Part shown: positions 39,079 through 57,393 of the stretch, in pieces
Position numbering within the stretch: the first letter of the stretch is position 1
How the letters are laid out: the number at the start of each line of letters is the position of its first letter
DNA from: Trichosphaerium sp. ATCC 40318
Taxonomy: Eukaryota; Protista; Tubulinea
Assembly: GCA_038496445.1 (NCBI GenBank)
Contig: JALMLS010000005.1
Span: 1-64,000, forward strand
Direction: 5' to 3'
DNA: 64,000 nucleotides
Made by a program: the position numbers and the translations under genes
Notes under the pieces: generated by a model
What the model was told of the DNA's origin: nothing
Seen by the model: only the letters and a program-made list of their open reading frames with translations
The model's database searches: none

Positions 39079-40576
39079 CTAGCTATCGCTGCTGCTACTA
39101 CTACTCTCTACTTTTTGGCGTGTCTTCCTACCCTTTTTTCTTGGAGACTTTTGAACACCCTGTCGTATACAAGTAAGCATTCAGAAAATATAACAAGAAA
39201 ACATTCGGCTTTTTTTGGTTTGTACCTTTTCAATGTCGAACACGTCATCGTCTTCGTCCTCTTCCTCATCATCACCCATTAGTGAAGGTAAAACTGCACT
39301 TGCCATTTCTTAAGTATAGGTAAGCATTAAGTCGAACAATCAAGCAATGTACGTACTCTTAAAGGTAGGCATAAGTTCAATTGGTAGCGGGAATATTATT
39401 GTCGAATTTTTCTCAGCTGAAATAGTATTCAATGTCTGTAGGTATCTCAACTGTAATGCTCCTGGAGATGTAGCCATCATCCTAGATGCTTGAGCAAGAG
39501 ATTTAGCAGCGCGAAATTCTCCCTTAGAAGCAATGACCTACGAAGACATAAATTCACTGAAGCAGTCAAAAATAAAGAAAGGTTACCTTTGCGTTTGCTT
39601 CTCTTGCTGCTTCTGCTTCTGCTGCCATTGCCCTTTGAAGAGATACAGGCAAGGTAATATCCTTTATCTCTACACGGTTAACCTTAACACCCCAAGGGTC
39701 TATAACTTGTTAGATGTGAAACAAGTTTACAAGGACTTGCCAGTTGCAGAATCTAGTTGGTTTTGTAGTTCATGACTGATTTTATCTCTGTTAGAAAGAA
39801 CTTGTTGTAGATCCTTTCCACCGATGACACTTCGTAAGGTTGTCTACAGATAAAGATTAGAACTGTAAGTAGAGTGCGTAGCCTAACCTGAGATAACAAT
39901 CGCGTGGCCGAACTGTAATCCTCTACGTTCATAGTTGCCTAGTTGAGGTTAGTTCCTCTTTATGCCTCTGGTCTTACCTTTATTGGGTCAAAAACTTGGA
40001 AATAAACGACTGCATTTACTTTTACAGTAACAGAGTCCTTCGTTAACACTTCTTGAGAAGGTACATCGAATGTCTATCAAAAATCAGTCAAAATCACAAT
40101 ATTTTCTGTACGTACTGTGACACGTAAATCTACAATAGTGATGTCGTCTGTGCATGGCAACACGCAAAAAAGGCCTGGTATAAAATAAATAAATTTAAAA
40201 CACTAAGAATATGTACCAGGGCCTTTAGGTCCACCTGATATCATCCCTAGTCGTAGTATCACCGCCCTAATCAAGTTTAGCGCCGATACGCAAAAAGCGG
40301 TTATTCTTGTTTTACTCACCTCGCGTAATGAGCCACAATCTTTAAACTGCAGCACAAGGCGCATGGGAAAAACAAAGCCCACAATATGTACGAAAATATG
40401 ATCAAAACGATTCCACAACCACCTAAACGCGTATATTAGTGCGTAACAAGCGTTATTCTTCCTGTACCTGGTTTACCGCCACGAGCAGGCAAGTCCATAA
40501 CATTATTTTGATCATTGTCACCGTCACGGTCACGGTTTGTAGAGTTTATACCAACTAGTTCTTCCTCGTTAGACAT
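39079..40576 (-). CDS. STOM: Stomatin / band-7 (SPFH) protein
   Basis: [10 protein letters not shown]...GPG; [23 protein letters not shown]; QTTLR; [12 protein letters not shown]; [14 protein letters not shown]; [10 protein letters not shown]...[11 protein letters not shown]. Confidence 0.95.
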
Positions 40577-41200
40577 GCTTTCTTGACAAGTAACCTTTTC
40601 GGGTTTTAAAAGTAGACAACGACTTGGGTTCTTTCAAAGTCTGCCCGATATGTTGGCCCGAATAAAATAACACGCTCTAAACTTATAGATAGCTGTTGTA
40701 GAAATTAATTAAGTTGCCCCTTTTACGTTTGGGCTTTCAAAGAAACTAGTTTGATACAACTTTACTTTGGCTATGCGTGGTTATAACACTATACGTTTGT
40801 TTGTATTTCATGAGACCCACGGGGGAAAGATTCTACGGCAGCGTCCTGGTCACATGTGTTTTTCATGTATTTATCACGTGTAGTTAACACGTTTTGAATG
40901 ACGGTGATACAAACAACATGGGTTTACTAAGTTAGCGGTATATAGCCGTAGCTCGTATCCTCTTGCTACGTACTACGATCCGAACGCCAAAGGATCCGAG
41001 ACGATCTTATTTTACGAGAAATTGCAAGTATTCTTGGACTTGGTACCAAGTCAGTGCACTGAAGATTGAATGGTTAATCCAAACCCAATTTGTTACTGTT
41101 TAATTGTTTGTAGTACTAAATAAACGTCTTACTTACAGCACAATCTCCTACATAACAAGCAAAGATAACTTGGAGAAATTCTATTTACAAAACAAAGCAC

Positions 41201-43253
41201 TTAAAGTACTGAAGGGAGAGATTCAACAGTATTAATTGCAGTATATGATCTGGACGCCAGTCGACTTGCTGAACCCCACCAAAGAGCAGGCCATACCTTT
41301 GGATTATTAGAAAGAATTATAGGATAGAGACCATACAAGGAATAACCCAGCGAAACCGAAAGTAAGGGCAGCGAACATCTGAACGCTTCCAAAAGCCAAA
41401 AATGTAACATAAATATCCCATTTCATTTGAGTTACAACCAATTGTACAATCATTTGAAAGCACACCGATACAAATGTATTGAGACAAAAAACAGTAGCAA
41501 AAATGTCAGTTGACATACTACAAACCTTTGTCAGAACGAACAACAAAAATAAAAAAAAAACAATACCTTTTCGCTATGTTGGCATAACACACAGCAATCA
41601 TAAACTCCATTATACCAATGAAAACTGCATAACTAGCGTATGAACATGCTAGGTCACGGTTGAAATAATTAAAACCAGCGGCAGCACCAGTGACTACAGT
41701 ACACAAAATAACAACAAGTACGCCATATGACTTGGTCTGTTAAAATAGAGCAATCAGTTCTTAACTCCGTCTCGTACAATCGTACCATAAAATTTTCTAC
41801 TAAGGGTATAGCTGGTAATATAGCACCAGCAGCTCCCATTAAACGAGCAGCACCAACGATAAAACCGTTATAGTTAACAGAAGGATCTAATTCTTTCCAA
41901 ACATTGCTGGAAATGATATCAGACAATGTTGTTTCGAACACAAGGTACCTCATATAGTTCGCTACCAAGTCATAGACTGAGTATCCAAAAATAAACCACA
42001 CAGTCCATCCTATAACTATCCTTGAAGAATATGCTTTCTTGATATCAATGAGGTAGTTCTTCAGTAATAAGCACGAAGTAACGAATGGACGATCTTATTA
42101 CCTTGCTTAAAATGAACCGTCCCTTATCAGTGGAGGGGAAAAAAATCGAAAATACAGCGGCCACGCACTCACTAGCCATTGAAATATAGAAAAGATACAC
42201 CAACGGCGTATTTTGAGATACGAGAATCTGACCTGAAAATACAATGAACTTACTTGAAAAGTTGCAAAGGAAAGTACTTACCCAAAAAAGAAGCAAATAC
42301 ATACCCCACGAGTGCTTTAAGAAAAATCAACTTTTACAAGTCAAACACTGTAATATATGCGTACACGCAGCTCTCAAATAACTCGTCTATAAATTTTTCA
42401 TAAGAAAGTAGCTTTTTACAAAAAAATCACGTGCCACTTTTTGATAGTTGGATTTTTGTGTGAGATTGAACATATAAGTATAAAATATAACTTCAGAGGC
42501 ACTTGCAACACCAAATATGACTTGCATGAGTTGCATAGCAAGTAATGAAGTACCCCATATTAACATTGCCCTAGTAGCTACTCTAGCAATAGAACCTAGT
42601 ATCTGTACTTCACGTTAGTAAAGCAGTAAGATGTAAAAAGTGTTTTGTGAAAATATGATCTTCAAAACTCCTAAATTTATGGTAACTAAAATCAAATCAT
42701 CTCCTGTTGTACGTGCCATTGATGGTTTGTATCTTGTTGCTTCGGCAAATAGCGCGATTAACAACAGGCTTAATTTACGTTAATACTGTAATTAGTGCAA
42801 ATACCATATTTGAAGGTATTAGAGCGTTTCCGCACCTCGGTAATAGCGAGTAGGTCCAATACGGAAAAATTCTATCGAAAACCTCCCAAGTGTCAGCATT
42901 TAATTTCATAGTTTGTTTTTCGTGCGTACAACAGTATTATTGAAATGTTTAACGTCCGTCAAGTATGGAACTATATTTGCCTGGCTTGAATAAGCTAATA
43001 GATAATAACTACGCCTCTAGTACCTCTGAGGGCTTAAATTGCGCCTATTGATGTTAGTCTGTAAAGAATTGAACAAACAACGCACGAAAAAGCCATAGGA
43101 GCAAAAGAGAAGTATGGGCCAACGTAATGAACTAAAAAAATTGCTTCTACGCCCATTTCGAACATTTCCAACAGACAGCGGATTCTCAAGCCGCTAATAA
43201 ATTATGAGGCTAGAACAATATCAACAAATTAGTACATGAGTGTCAGGTGTCAT
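41201..43253 (-). CDS. SLC19-family reduced folate/thiamine transporter
   Basis: Spliced LLFCSYGFFAQFKPSEANIVPYL...IFPYWTYSLL, RYKP, YNGFIVG; multiple hydrophobic helices. Confidence 0.85.
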
Positions 43254-43363
43254 TTCATTGCTTTACACAGTTAACGTCTATATAAATGGTTTTGACTTAG
43301 TGACATTTCAAAGTCAATTTCTTAAAGTGGCAGAATTTACAGGTTTATTTATTCTTTTGGTTC

Positions 43364-47900
<4,537 letters not shown>

Positions 47901-48198
47901 AGCCGTAGCTCAGCTCTTTTCTGAGACTTTGAACTAAGAGACGGCTGAGGATGCCAATAAAGTGTAAAGCAGTTAAGTTTTAGTCAACAACAGATACGAA
48001 ATTTTCAACAAATGTCACGTGTAGTTCCAATACTTGCATTTTAAGATTGTTGCATTTCTTTTTATGGTACACTTTAAAAAACATACTAGCGCTATACTAG
48101 TCAGTTGCTTCTTTCTATCGCTAGAGAGGAATACGTAAGCTCATCAGCGCAAAGAAGCAGGTGATATCGTTAGACTTGTTCGCCTTTCTGTAAGAAAA

Positions 48199-49236
48199 TC
48201 ATTCTTGCATGGCGTTTTCTGCTTGTTTAACGAGTTCCACCATATTCACTACGTTCTCTGTGGCCATCTTAAAACACTCATCCATGTCTTCATCACTTAC
48301 AATAGCGCCATGATTGCATACATTATTAATATGTCCCTTGGCGTTTACAATTATTGTTAAGCTTCCTGATCCCAAATTTTCTTCTTCAGCAGTTGGATCT
48401 CTGAGTAGAAATCTATGATTGTTAGTAAAAAAGAAACCGTGCCAAAACATACTCATCTAGTTTTATAAATGTTGATGCTAACCATGCCTGAGATACATCA
48501 AGCTTATTAGGCCGCTCCTCTGACGCGACGATTTGACCCAAGTCATTTGTTGACAAGTTTGGCAGTCGAACTAGTATAGAAATCAGTAAATGACATGTCT
48601 ATAGTAAGAAGTCTAGTACCATTTCTCAAGGCAGCGAACAACGCAATAGTTGCCGCATCGGTAATATTTCCGTCGTAATTTACGCAATAGACATCAACAT
48701 GGAGGTACCAACTAACGTTGTCTCCCTTTCTGTTAACCTGCAAATCAGATTTTGAAACAATACGATTTCTAAGTCACAGCGTATTAGGTTTAGTAGGCTG
48801 GAACTGATTTCAACGCACGCGATTGTAGTGAGCATATTGGCAAGGAGCGAGCCCTCATCTGGTGGCGCTCTGAATTGTCTCCACTTTTGTGAGCATAAAG
48901 ATGGCAAGACAACGTTTACAGCTTGATGACAATCAGAAAAAAGAATAACACTTATTTGTACCAATCACGCTGTCATCTTTTTCGCTTACAGGACCGACCT
49001 CGGCCTGAATACCGCACACAAAAGAAGTATTACCCATTTTGACAAACGCAGAGCCATGTGTTGAAGAAATTGATCCTAAAACCATTTAATAACCGTGTAC
49101 ACGCGTAATTTAACGTCATACCCACTGAAACTATGGTTTGGCGAGGTTTATTTAATAAACGACCATCTGGACGTACACTATGCACTAAAAACTTTTTGTA
49201 GAACTCTGATGGGTATATTTTTCTAAAAGCTTCCAT
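48199..49236 (-). CDS. EXOSC8: Exosome component Rrp43
   Basis: MEAFRKIYPSEFYKKFL...RPDGR...GSAFVKMGNTSFVCGIQAE; WYLHVDVYCVNYDGNITDAATIAL; DPTAEEE. Confidence 0.93.
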
Positions 49237-49477
49237 TGCTTTGGCAGTTTTTTGTTCCTCACCAATTCTTAATCGGCGGTTAAGGCACAATGTTGAACAG
49301 TTTGACACCTCAAATGTACTCTGACACTCAATGGCCTCTAAAAGAGGTGCAACTGCACCGCGCACAAAAACAGCAACGCATACAAAGAATAACTAGTGGA
49401 ATATCTCCTCATAGACGCAAGTATTTCGTATATAAACTTTGAGGACTGTATTGTACAAGAAAAATGGGGTATGTACT

Positions 49478-50196
49478 TTATTGAGTTTCCTCAACAGGTT
49501 GTGCTGTGTCATCGTCCATAGCGCCGGCAACATCTATATCTTGTTTACCACCACGGCGCATGATCTGTTTAACAAGTTTTTGTTCTTCCAAGAGGAAAGA
49601 GCGAAGGATCCTGCAACAAAATACGTAAGCATTTGTGTCAAACGCGGGAATTGCAATCAGAAAATCCATAACGAATGCAAAAAAAACGTACTTGTCTTTG
49701 ACGCAGTTTGCGCATACGCTTCCTCCGTATCTTCGGCTAACTGTACGGGCGTGTTTTGGAAGTTTTCGTAGTTTGGTGGCCCTCAGTCTAGGAACCTAAC
49801 GAAAACATCAATTAGGTGCTCGAGAGTGGCCAATATCATTAAAATTGTGCATAATAGAGTATAATTGTTAAATGCCACCACCAATTACGTACGCCATTGA
49901 TTTTACCATGGCATACACCGCAACTTGCTTGTTTAACGCGTTTTACGACACGATGATACTTTTTACGACCACCTAAAAAAGATGAGCAAAGATCCTGTTT
50001 TCTTCGTCAAATCGACATGCCTGGAGTTTTAACACTAATTTATCGGTTAGAGCGGTAAAAAACAGTGAGAAAAAAGGCAAATGAGCATTTGGGAAAAAAG
50101 TATTAACAAACGAGCTTATGAGACGTACAGTTTCCTCTTGTTTCCTCTGGTTTTGTAACTGTTACCGAGAATAGTTAAACGCTTGTCGAGACCCAT
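49478..50196 (-). CDS. RPL34: 60S ribosomal protein eL34
   Basis: Spliced MGLDKRLT...SYKTRGNKRKLVKTPGG...CGVC...[31 protein letters not shown]. Confidence 0.92.
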
Positions 50197-50410
50197 TGCG
50201 ATGCAAAAATACCTAAATAAGTTCGACTTAAGGATGTTTACTAAGCTTGACATTACTTGTTTTTCACCCTAACAATATTTAAACAAACAACGTTAGGACC
50301 CAAAAACTAAAAAAAACAACATAGCTATTCGACGCTTGTTTATTTTATAACCCGTATTTTCAAAAAAAAAGGCTCAAGTACAACAACGAAGTGAAGTTTG
50401 TTCGATCATT

Positions 50411-53400
50411 ATGTCTACAGCGCCAGAATCGGAAACGAACGTAGCCACAGCGAAAGAAAACCTTAACAAACAAGATGGGGATGCAGAAGATACTTTTACC
50501 TCACTGGCAGAGTGCAAATACTCAAACAAATTTCTCCTGCAGCTCTTTAAGAAGGATTTGGTGCCTCCCACAAAAGTTGGTGGTTATACTGGGGTAATTT
50601 CTCGTGAGGCTCAACTACCAGTGTGCCAATTGCCGGATTGGGTACGTTTTTGGACGTTTAAAGATTGATCCCATCGCTATTAGAAGGTTTTTTTTTTGTT
50701 ATTTCGTAATTTCACTTTGTTATTCATTTAAACGCGTCAGTTCTGCGACAATTGCTAAAATTCTTGCGCTTTTTCACTGACTGCCGTTGCCACGTAAAGT
50801 TTCTAGTCCCTATTTTTCTCCACAGCAACATGCCATCCTTATTTCTCTCTTTAGAACAAAAATGGACAAGGATTTAGATATCAAAGAGGCCGATACGGAA
50901 ATAGGGGAGGCCGTAGAGGAGGTGCGAAAGTTTTTTAAAAGCTGTGTTTAAAATAGCGCTAATAATACTTTAGGCAGAGGTCGTGGCGCTCCAAGCAAGT
51001 GGGACAGTAGATGGGGACCTTCTGAACGTGATGGTGTCAGCACAGATCGTGGCAATTCGCGTTGGGGAGACAGAGGAGATGCCAGTAAAAGACCACAAAG
51101 TGCCAGAGCGGACAGGCCGTCTCCTTGGGATGACCCAAGAACTTCAAAATGGAGTGAGGACGAAATGAGAAAAACAGATTTTGAAAACGCTCGGAAAGCA
51201 GCGCGTAAAGGTGATGCAAAACCAAGTGCTTCAGATGGCGCTACAAGTTGTAAGCATTCTTTTCAACCTTTTTTTTTGGTTAACAACGCCAAATAATTTT
51301 TAGTTAAATGTTTTATCGCAGGGAGATCTAAGCCAGACGGGAAACAGGCACAAAACGTGCCAAAGAATGATAATAAAGGCACACAAAACCAAAATACTGG
51401 ATTGCCTCAAATGCCAACAAAACAAAGCCCAGGCCCTCAAAGAACTCAAGCTCAACCAACACCAGGTACAGCGTTTTAATTATTATTGAAAATCACCTAA
51501 AAAATTAACGTATTTCTAGAATTACAACCGCAAGGACCTTCTCGTGTATTAAATGTAGCCCCTAATAGACAACCTAATGTAGTAGCAACACCAGCATCGC
51601 CACAACAGCCAAACAGACATTTTGATGACCAACTTGAAGCTGAAAATTCAACATGGTATTACAGAGATCCTCAAGGCCAAGTTCGTGGTCCGTATCCTTC
51701 GCGAGATATGAACAGCTGGTTACAATATTTTTATCCTATGGTTGTTGTAAGTCGCAACAAAGACCAAGGATTTTTGCCAATTGGCGAAATTGTTCAAGCC
51801 ACAGGCAAAAACCCATTCACAGGAAGACCTTGGTTGAGGCCTCTCGGTATGCCTCCTGGCATGCCTCAGGGAATGCAAAACAACGTTGCAGGTGGTAACC
51901 CTGCAATGAGCAACGTCTCTCCGCAAACTCAGCATCGTGTTGTACCAATGAACCAACCTCGACAAGCTGTAGATCCTATTGGTGCGTTATCATCGCAGTT
52001 CGGTTTAATGGGAAATACTTCGCCTGTTCAGACTCATAACGCACAACCAGCTCAGGTATGTCGTTTTTTTTTGATCATTTGTTTTTTCAACGTTTTGGTA
52101 TGAGATAATTGACCGTTTTGTAGCCGTACAACTGGAATAAGGCTTGGTCAAAAGAAAATGTTACTCAAGGAACTCTTCCACCTGCTGCTAGTCCTAAGAA
52201 AGGTCAAAGAACAGCGTTTATGCAAGAACCTGGTATGTGACTTATTACTCCTTTTATCCGCCATTCAACACCTTTCTCATTTTCTTTAGAGTCTCCAAGC
52301 GAGAATTTGAAGCGAAAACAGGGTGTATACCGACTTGATATGATTGAGCCTACAGGTGGTGCTGGCGCCCAAAATGAACCAGCAAAGGCCACTGGCGAAG
52401 ATCCAGATATTCTTAAATCTTTGTTTCCATCTCGTGAAGAACAACCAAAAGAAGAGCCTAAGAAAAAGGAAGACAAAAAGGCAGAGGAAAGCGATGATGA
52501 TTTGGCAGGTGACACTATACTGATGAAACCTCAAGCACCTGCAGCAGTAAAACCTGTGGCAAAGAAGCCTGAGAATAAGGGCACCAATGGTACTTGTTTT
52601 ACTGTGTACTTTAGTTCTTACTCAGTTTTTACAGCTCAAGAAAAGAAACGCGTTCAAAAGAATCAGAAGAACAATCAAAAGAAGCAAGGAAACCGCGGAA
52701 AAGCGAAAGGAAAGAAACAACCATCACCACGTGTCAATAAGCATTATACACAAACTATGCCGTCCCCTGGTGCTGCTAAGAGTGTACCTGTTAAGAAGCA
52801 AGCAAAGTCACCTCCTCCTAAGAAAGTGGCAGCTCCAGTTGTTGCTGAAGAACCTGTCAATCTGCCAGTTAAAGCTGTTCCAGCGCCTTGGGCTGGTTCC
52901 AACGCAAACAAGCAAAAGTCACTGAGCGATATACAAAAGGAACAGTCTCGCTATTTACAGAAACAGGCACTTACAAAAGAACAACAATGGCAGGCTGAAA
53001 GGTTAGCTTGTTATTTTATTTAGTACAACAAAAACTAATATTTTTATGCAGTGTAGTGAAGCATAAACAAGCTCAAAAAAGAGCCCAGCCATGGGGCAAG
53101 GGTAATGCTAGCTCAAAACCAAGCATTGCGTCCATCCTTTCTCAAGAAGAGGAAAAGAGGCGAAAATCTGGTAAGTGATTGTACGTAGTACTAAGAGATT
53201 AATGTTATCTTTAGCCAAGAAAAAGCCAAGCGGACCTCCTCCAAAGTCTGCTTTCCCATGGGCATTGCATGCTGGTCCACCAGCCAGCAGAGGTTTACTA
53301 CAAATCCAAAAGGAGCAAAACAGCGGTTTGGGCCAGAACACTTGGAAGCCTGAAAAAGAACAAAATGTTATACACATTGAAGCTGCTCAAGATATGAACA

Positions 53401-54397
53401 TTGTTGCTCAATTACAGGTACGCCATTACTAAACCGAAAAATATACTGATAGTTACCCAGGCAACACTACAAACTCATAGTCCAGGCCGCGCACCACAAC
53501 AACGTGCAGTGAGGCCAGCAAAGCAACAAATCTACCATCCAGGTGCTCCTAACGCTTGGAGTAAGAAGGGTAATTCAAGGGCTCCTACAGCATCTACAAA
53601 AGGGCGTTCATTACGTGATATCCAAGCCGAGGAAATGCGTAATAAAGTGCCTAAGACAAGATCTTCCTTGCCACCTGATCCAGCTATCGTGACAGCACAC
53701 AAGCGCATACCAAAATTGAATAACAACAACAAAAAGAAGACTCCAAGTCTCTACGAAGTAAAACTTTTGGAAATTACTTGATTGTTATTAACAGTTTGTT
53801 TAGATACAACAGCAACAAGCTAGGGGTAGACAACAACAAGTAACACGACAACAGCGCGGTGGTCAGGCAAAGGTTCGAATCAAAGATCATTCAAAAAAGT
53901 TATTCATTAATTGCTAGCATTCCTCTGGTTGGACTATGAACGCTAAACCAAGACCAGCGTCTTTGAAGTCTATTCAAAACCAACAACGCACTGGCTTGCG
54001 ATCTCCAGCTCCAGTTTCTTCCCACATTGATGATGAAGAAGATTTCTGGGACATGAAAACTGAAGAAAAACCTGCAGCAGCACCAAAACCAAAGTACGTC
54101 CACAGTTCCAGTGTTCATTGTTCCTTTGTTATTTTTTTTTGATTTCGTGAACATCATACTTTTGTTGGTAGAATCGTGTTGCTTACCTTATATATTAGTG
54201 AGGAGTTTCCTTCATTGGGTGCAGCAAACAGACAAACAAACTTACAAAATTATAGCGTAAAGCCTAAAGCGGGTGTTAATAAGGGACAACAAAAATCTAG
54301 ATCCCGAAAACGTGGTGGTAGGAATGTAGATAACTCCTTGCTTGGATTTTCCAATGACTACTCGCAGAGGAGTTTCGTATCCCCAAGCGATGACTAA
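50411..54397 (+). CDS. GIGYF/Smy2-like GYF-domain protein
   Basis: N-terminal YSNKFLL (YxxxxL-phi 4E-binding-type motif); GYF domain WYYRDPQGQVRGPY...MNSW..YF; repeated SLxxIQxEQ and W-G motifs; EEFPSLG. Confidence 0.8.
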
Positions 54398-54721
54398 AAA
54401 AAAAAAAGATAAAAATTTGGCTAAAACTTATTGAAAAACGCCATTGTTGACCATGTGCCACTTGTAGATGTAACTTTGTAATTAGTGTACTGGACTTAAA
54501 GAATCATACATACTTCTTCGAAAATATGACATATCAATGAGAAGTTAAGTTCTTCTGAATAGCCTTCTTTCATAGAATGAACGTACACCAAAAAAAACTG
54601 TTGTGAGAAATTTTGCCAGGAATAGTTTTTTTGACTCATACTGTAGCACCCCGCGCTTTTAATAGTTTCCAATTACAACTACACTCAATAACACCAACGC
54701 AGCTGTAATTTGGACAAAAAA

Positions 54722-57132
54722 ATGAAAAGAAAGCTAACCGAGCAACAAGCAGCTGTGGGATTCTCCAATTTTACTTATGGCGGCGAAGAAGAAGTATCTA
54801 CGGCTAAAACAGAATTGCCGCCAAATAAAAAACACAAACCAAACCCGAACACCAAGAAATCCAAGAAAAAACCGTGGTGCAAGTATGGTAGAAAGTGTTT
54901 CAGGTTCAACGTTACAAACAGAAGAAACCAAAAATTGACTTTGCCTAGAAAAAACTTGGATCACTTCGAACAGTTCTCACACCCTCCTGGCTTTAAGATA
55001 CCTACGGGTAAAAAACCTGCCACTAATAAGGTTTGTCTCCACGCGTTGATCACGTGATTTTTGATTTACTGTGGCTAACGATAAACAAGGAACTCGGTAA
55101 TAAGAAAAAAACTGTCAAACCAAAAAAGAAGGCGCCACCTCCAAAGCAACAAATCGAAGAAGAAGAGGAAGATATAATTATGACAGAACGAAAACAAGAC
55201 GATAGCGATGACAGTAGCGACGAAGATGAGATATTAGTAGGCGCTCAACCTCTGGAAGGTAAGCATTAGTAATGTTATTTCTTATCAACTTGTTTGCCAG
55301 GAAAAACAATCGCTATAACTGGAGCGCTTAGTATGGTTCGTGCTGATATTGTCAGGATTATAAATGAATTGGGCGGTAAGTGGTCCAAACAATGCACTGG
55401 CAAGTGTACACACCTCATAGCTGCAAATCCAAATTCAGGTTCGTTTTTGTTGTTTAGAGTAAATTTCTTAAGCTGGCTTAGGCTCGAATAAACTCGACAG
55501 TGCTGAAGGTAAAGGTGTTAAAATTGTTGGCGAAGATTGGCTATTTGACATACAAAAGAAAGCTAAAAAAGCAAGCGGTGGAGATGATGTTGCTCAAAGT
55601 ACTGGGCCGTTGAAACCTAAGAATATTATGAAAGGTACTTGGTTTATTTTACTTGTGTCTAACAAAGAATAACAGATGGCGAGGTATTCGAAGTAAAGGG
55701 TGGTTCGGGGAATTATGAGATTAGATTCAGAGGAGGCGTATATTATTGCACGTGTACAGCGTGGAAGGTACTTTTACAAGTCATTTTAAACCATTTAACT
55801 GTTTCGTAGTTCCAAAACCAAGCGCCTAACTTACGTACTTGCAAACATTTGAGAGCGCATCTAGGAGATGCTTTTGAAAAACAAAGGCTTGGAAGACAAG
55901 ATCTAGCACATGTAAAAGCTGTCAAGAGTACAGCGGTGAAGCCTTCTTTACTACTGGCGCACAAGGTTCGATTCTTTTCCAGTTTTATTTTTTTCCTAAT
56001 TTTGATTCATTAGTGGAATGGAGAGAAGGATATGACGGGTTGGTGGGTATCTGAAAAACTGGATGGTGTACGTGCATTGTGGAATGGAAAGTACGTCAGT
56101 TGTATTATGTTGTAGTTGTCGTTATTAATATTTTCTTAGAATATTCCTATCAAGACTTGGTAATCAGTTCTGGGCACCAAAGTTCTTTACAGAAGGTTTA
56201 CCAGATGAGAAATTGGACGGTGAACTATTTGGTGGGCGTGGCAAGTTTCAAACAACTATTAGTATTGTAAAAAGCCAGGACGATGGTTAGTCATACAACA
56301 ACAAAGAAAAAGATGAAGGCTAACAAAGGAGTAGGAAAACGTTGGAAAGATATTGTATTTAAAGTATTTGATTGTCCTAGTAAGGCACAATTACCTTTCG
56401 AAAAACGTATGGATCACATAAAGAAAGTTGTGGAAGACTCAGGGAATGATCTTATTGAGTTTGTTGAGCAGAAGAAAGTTAAAAATAATAAACAAATAAC
56501 AAAGATGTTGGCTAATATTGAAGCCAAAGGAGGCGAAGGATTAATGCTACGTGAGCCAAAATCAACGTACGTCCAAACGTTAAATCTCCCTTGCTTCTTG
56601 AGTATCAAACATAACTTTAGTTCATTATAGGTATGTTGGTGGGCGATCGAAGACTTTGTTAAAAGTAAAATCCTTTCATGATGCCGAAGCCAAAATTGTT
56701 GGTTATGTTGCTGGTAAAGGAAAATATAAAGGAATGACAGGTAAGATAGAAAAAACCCCAAAAAATACAGTAAAGACAATCGGTAAACTAAATTTGACAA
56801 AAAAATAGGTGCACTTATATGCAACTTACCTGATGGAACAAGATTTAACTGTGGTTCTGGTCTTGACGATGCTCAAAGGAGTAAGCCACCTAAGATAGGT
56901 ACGTATTATATCAATAAATACTTTATTATGTAGTAAGTTCTTAGAGCTTGTTGGTTCTCAATTTTAACTCCCACAAAAAAATTATTTGTATTTCTAGATT
57001 TTTGCGTTTGACACTCTTTTATTAGGTTCTATTATTACTTTCCGATACCAAGAGTTGACAAACGCAGGGATACCGCGATTTCCTACTTTTGTTGGCGTTC
57101 GTATTGATCAAACTTGGCCACCACAAAAGTAA
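54722..57132 (+). CDS. ATP-dependent DNA ligase (small bacterial/kinetoplast-like core) with PBZ, BRCT and SWIM domains
   Basis: CKYGRKCFRKNLDHFEQFSHP (PBZ); GKTIAITG..GGK..CTHLI..VGEDWL (BRCT); YYCTCTAW..CKH (SWIM); SEKLDGVRA, LDGEL, FKVFD, GEGLMLR, LLKVK, ITFRYQELT..PRFP. Confidence 0.93.
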
Positions 57133-57393
57133 AAAACTCCACCAAATAAATTTTTTTATTATTCAACGGCTTGTTTCACCAACGTAAACTTTATTCTTCG
57201 TCGTTGCTGTGTTCAGAATTGTCATTGGAGGCGAAGTTGCAACTGTATTTGGTCCGGAGACTGTTACTTTTCATGCACTACGGTCCCCACAAGTCTTTTT
57301 TTTCAGGAAGTCTTGATTTTCTTATTGTCAACTTGTAATATGTTCGGTTAAACAGATCTAACAATACGAAGTGTACAACATCTCTTGCAGTCT

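Noticed and set aside
40800-41010. Small hairpins downstream of the SLC19 transporter as a possible riboswitch
   Set aside because: No TPP consensus, and the stems are short enough to arise by chance.
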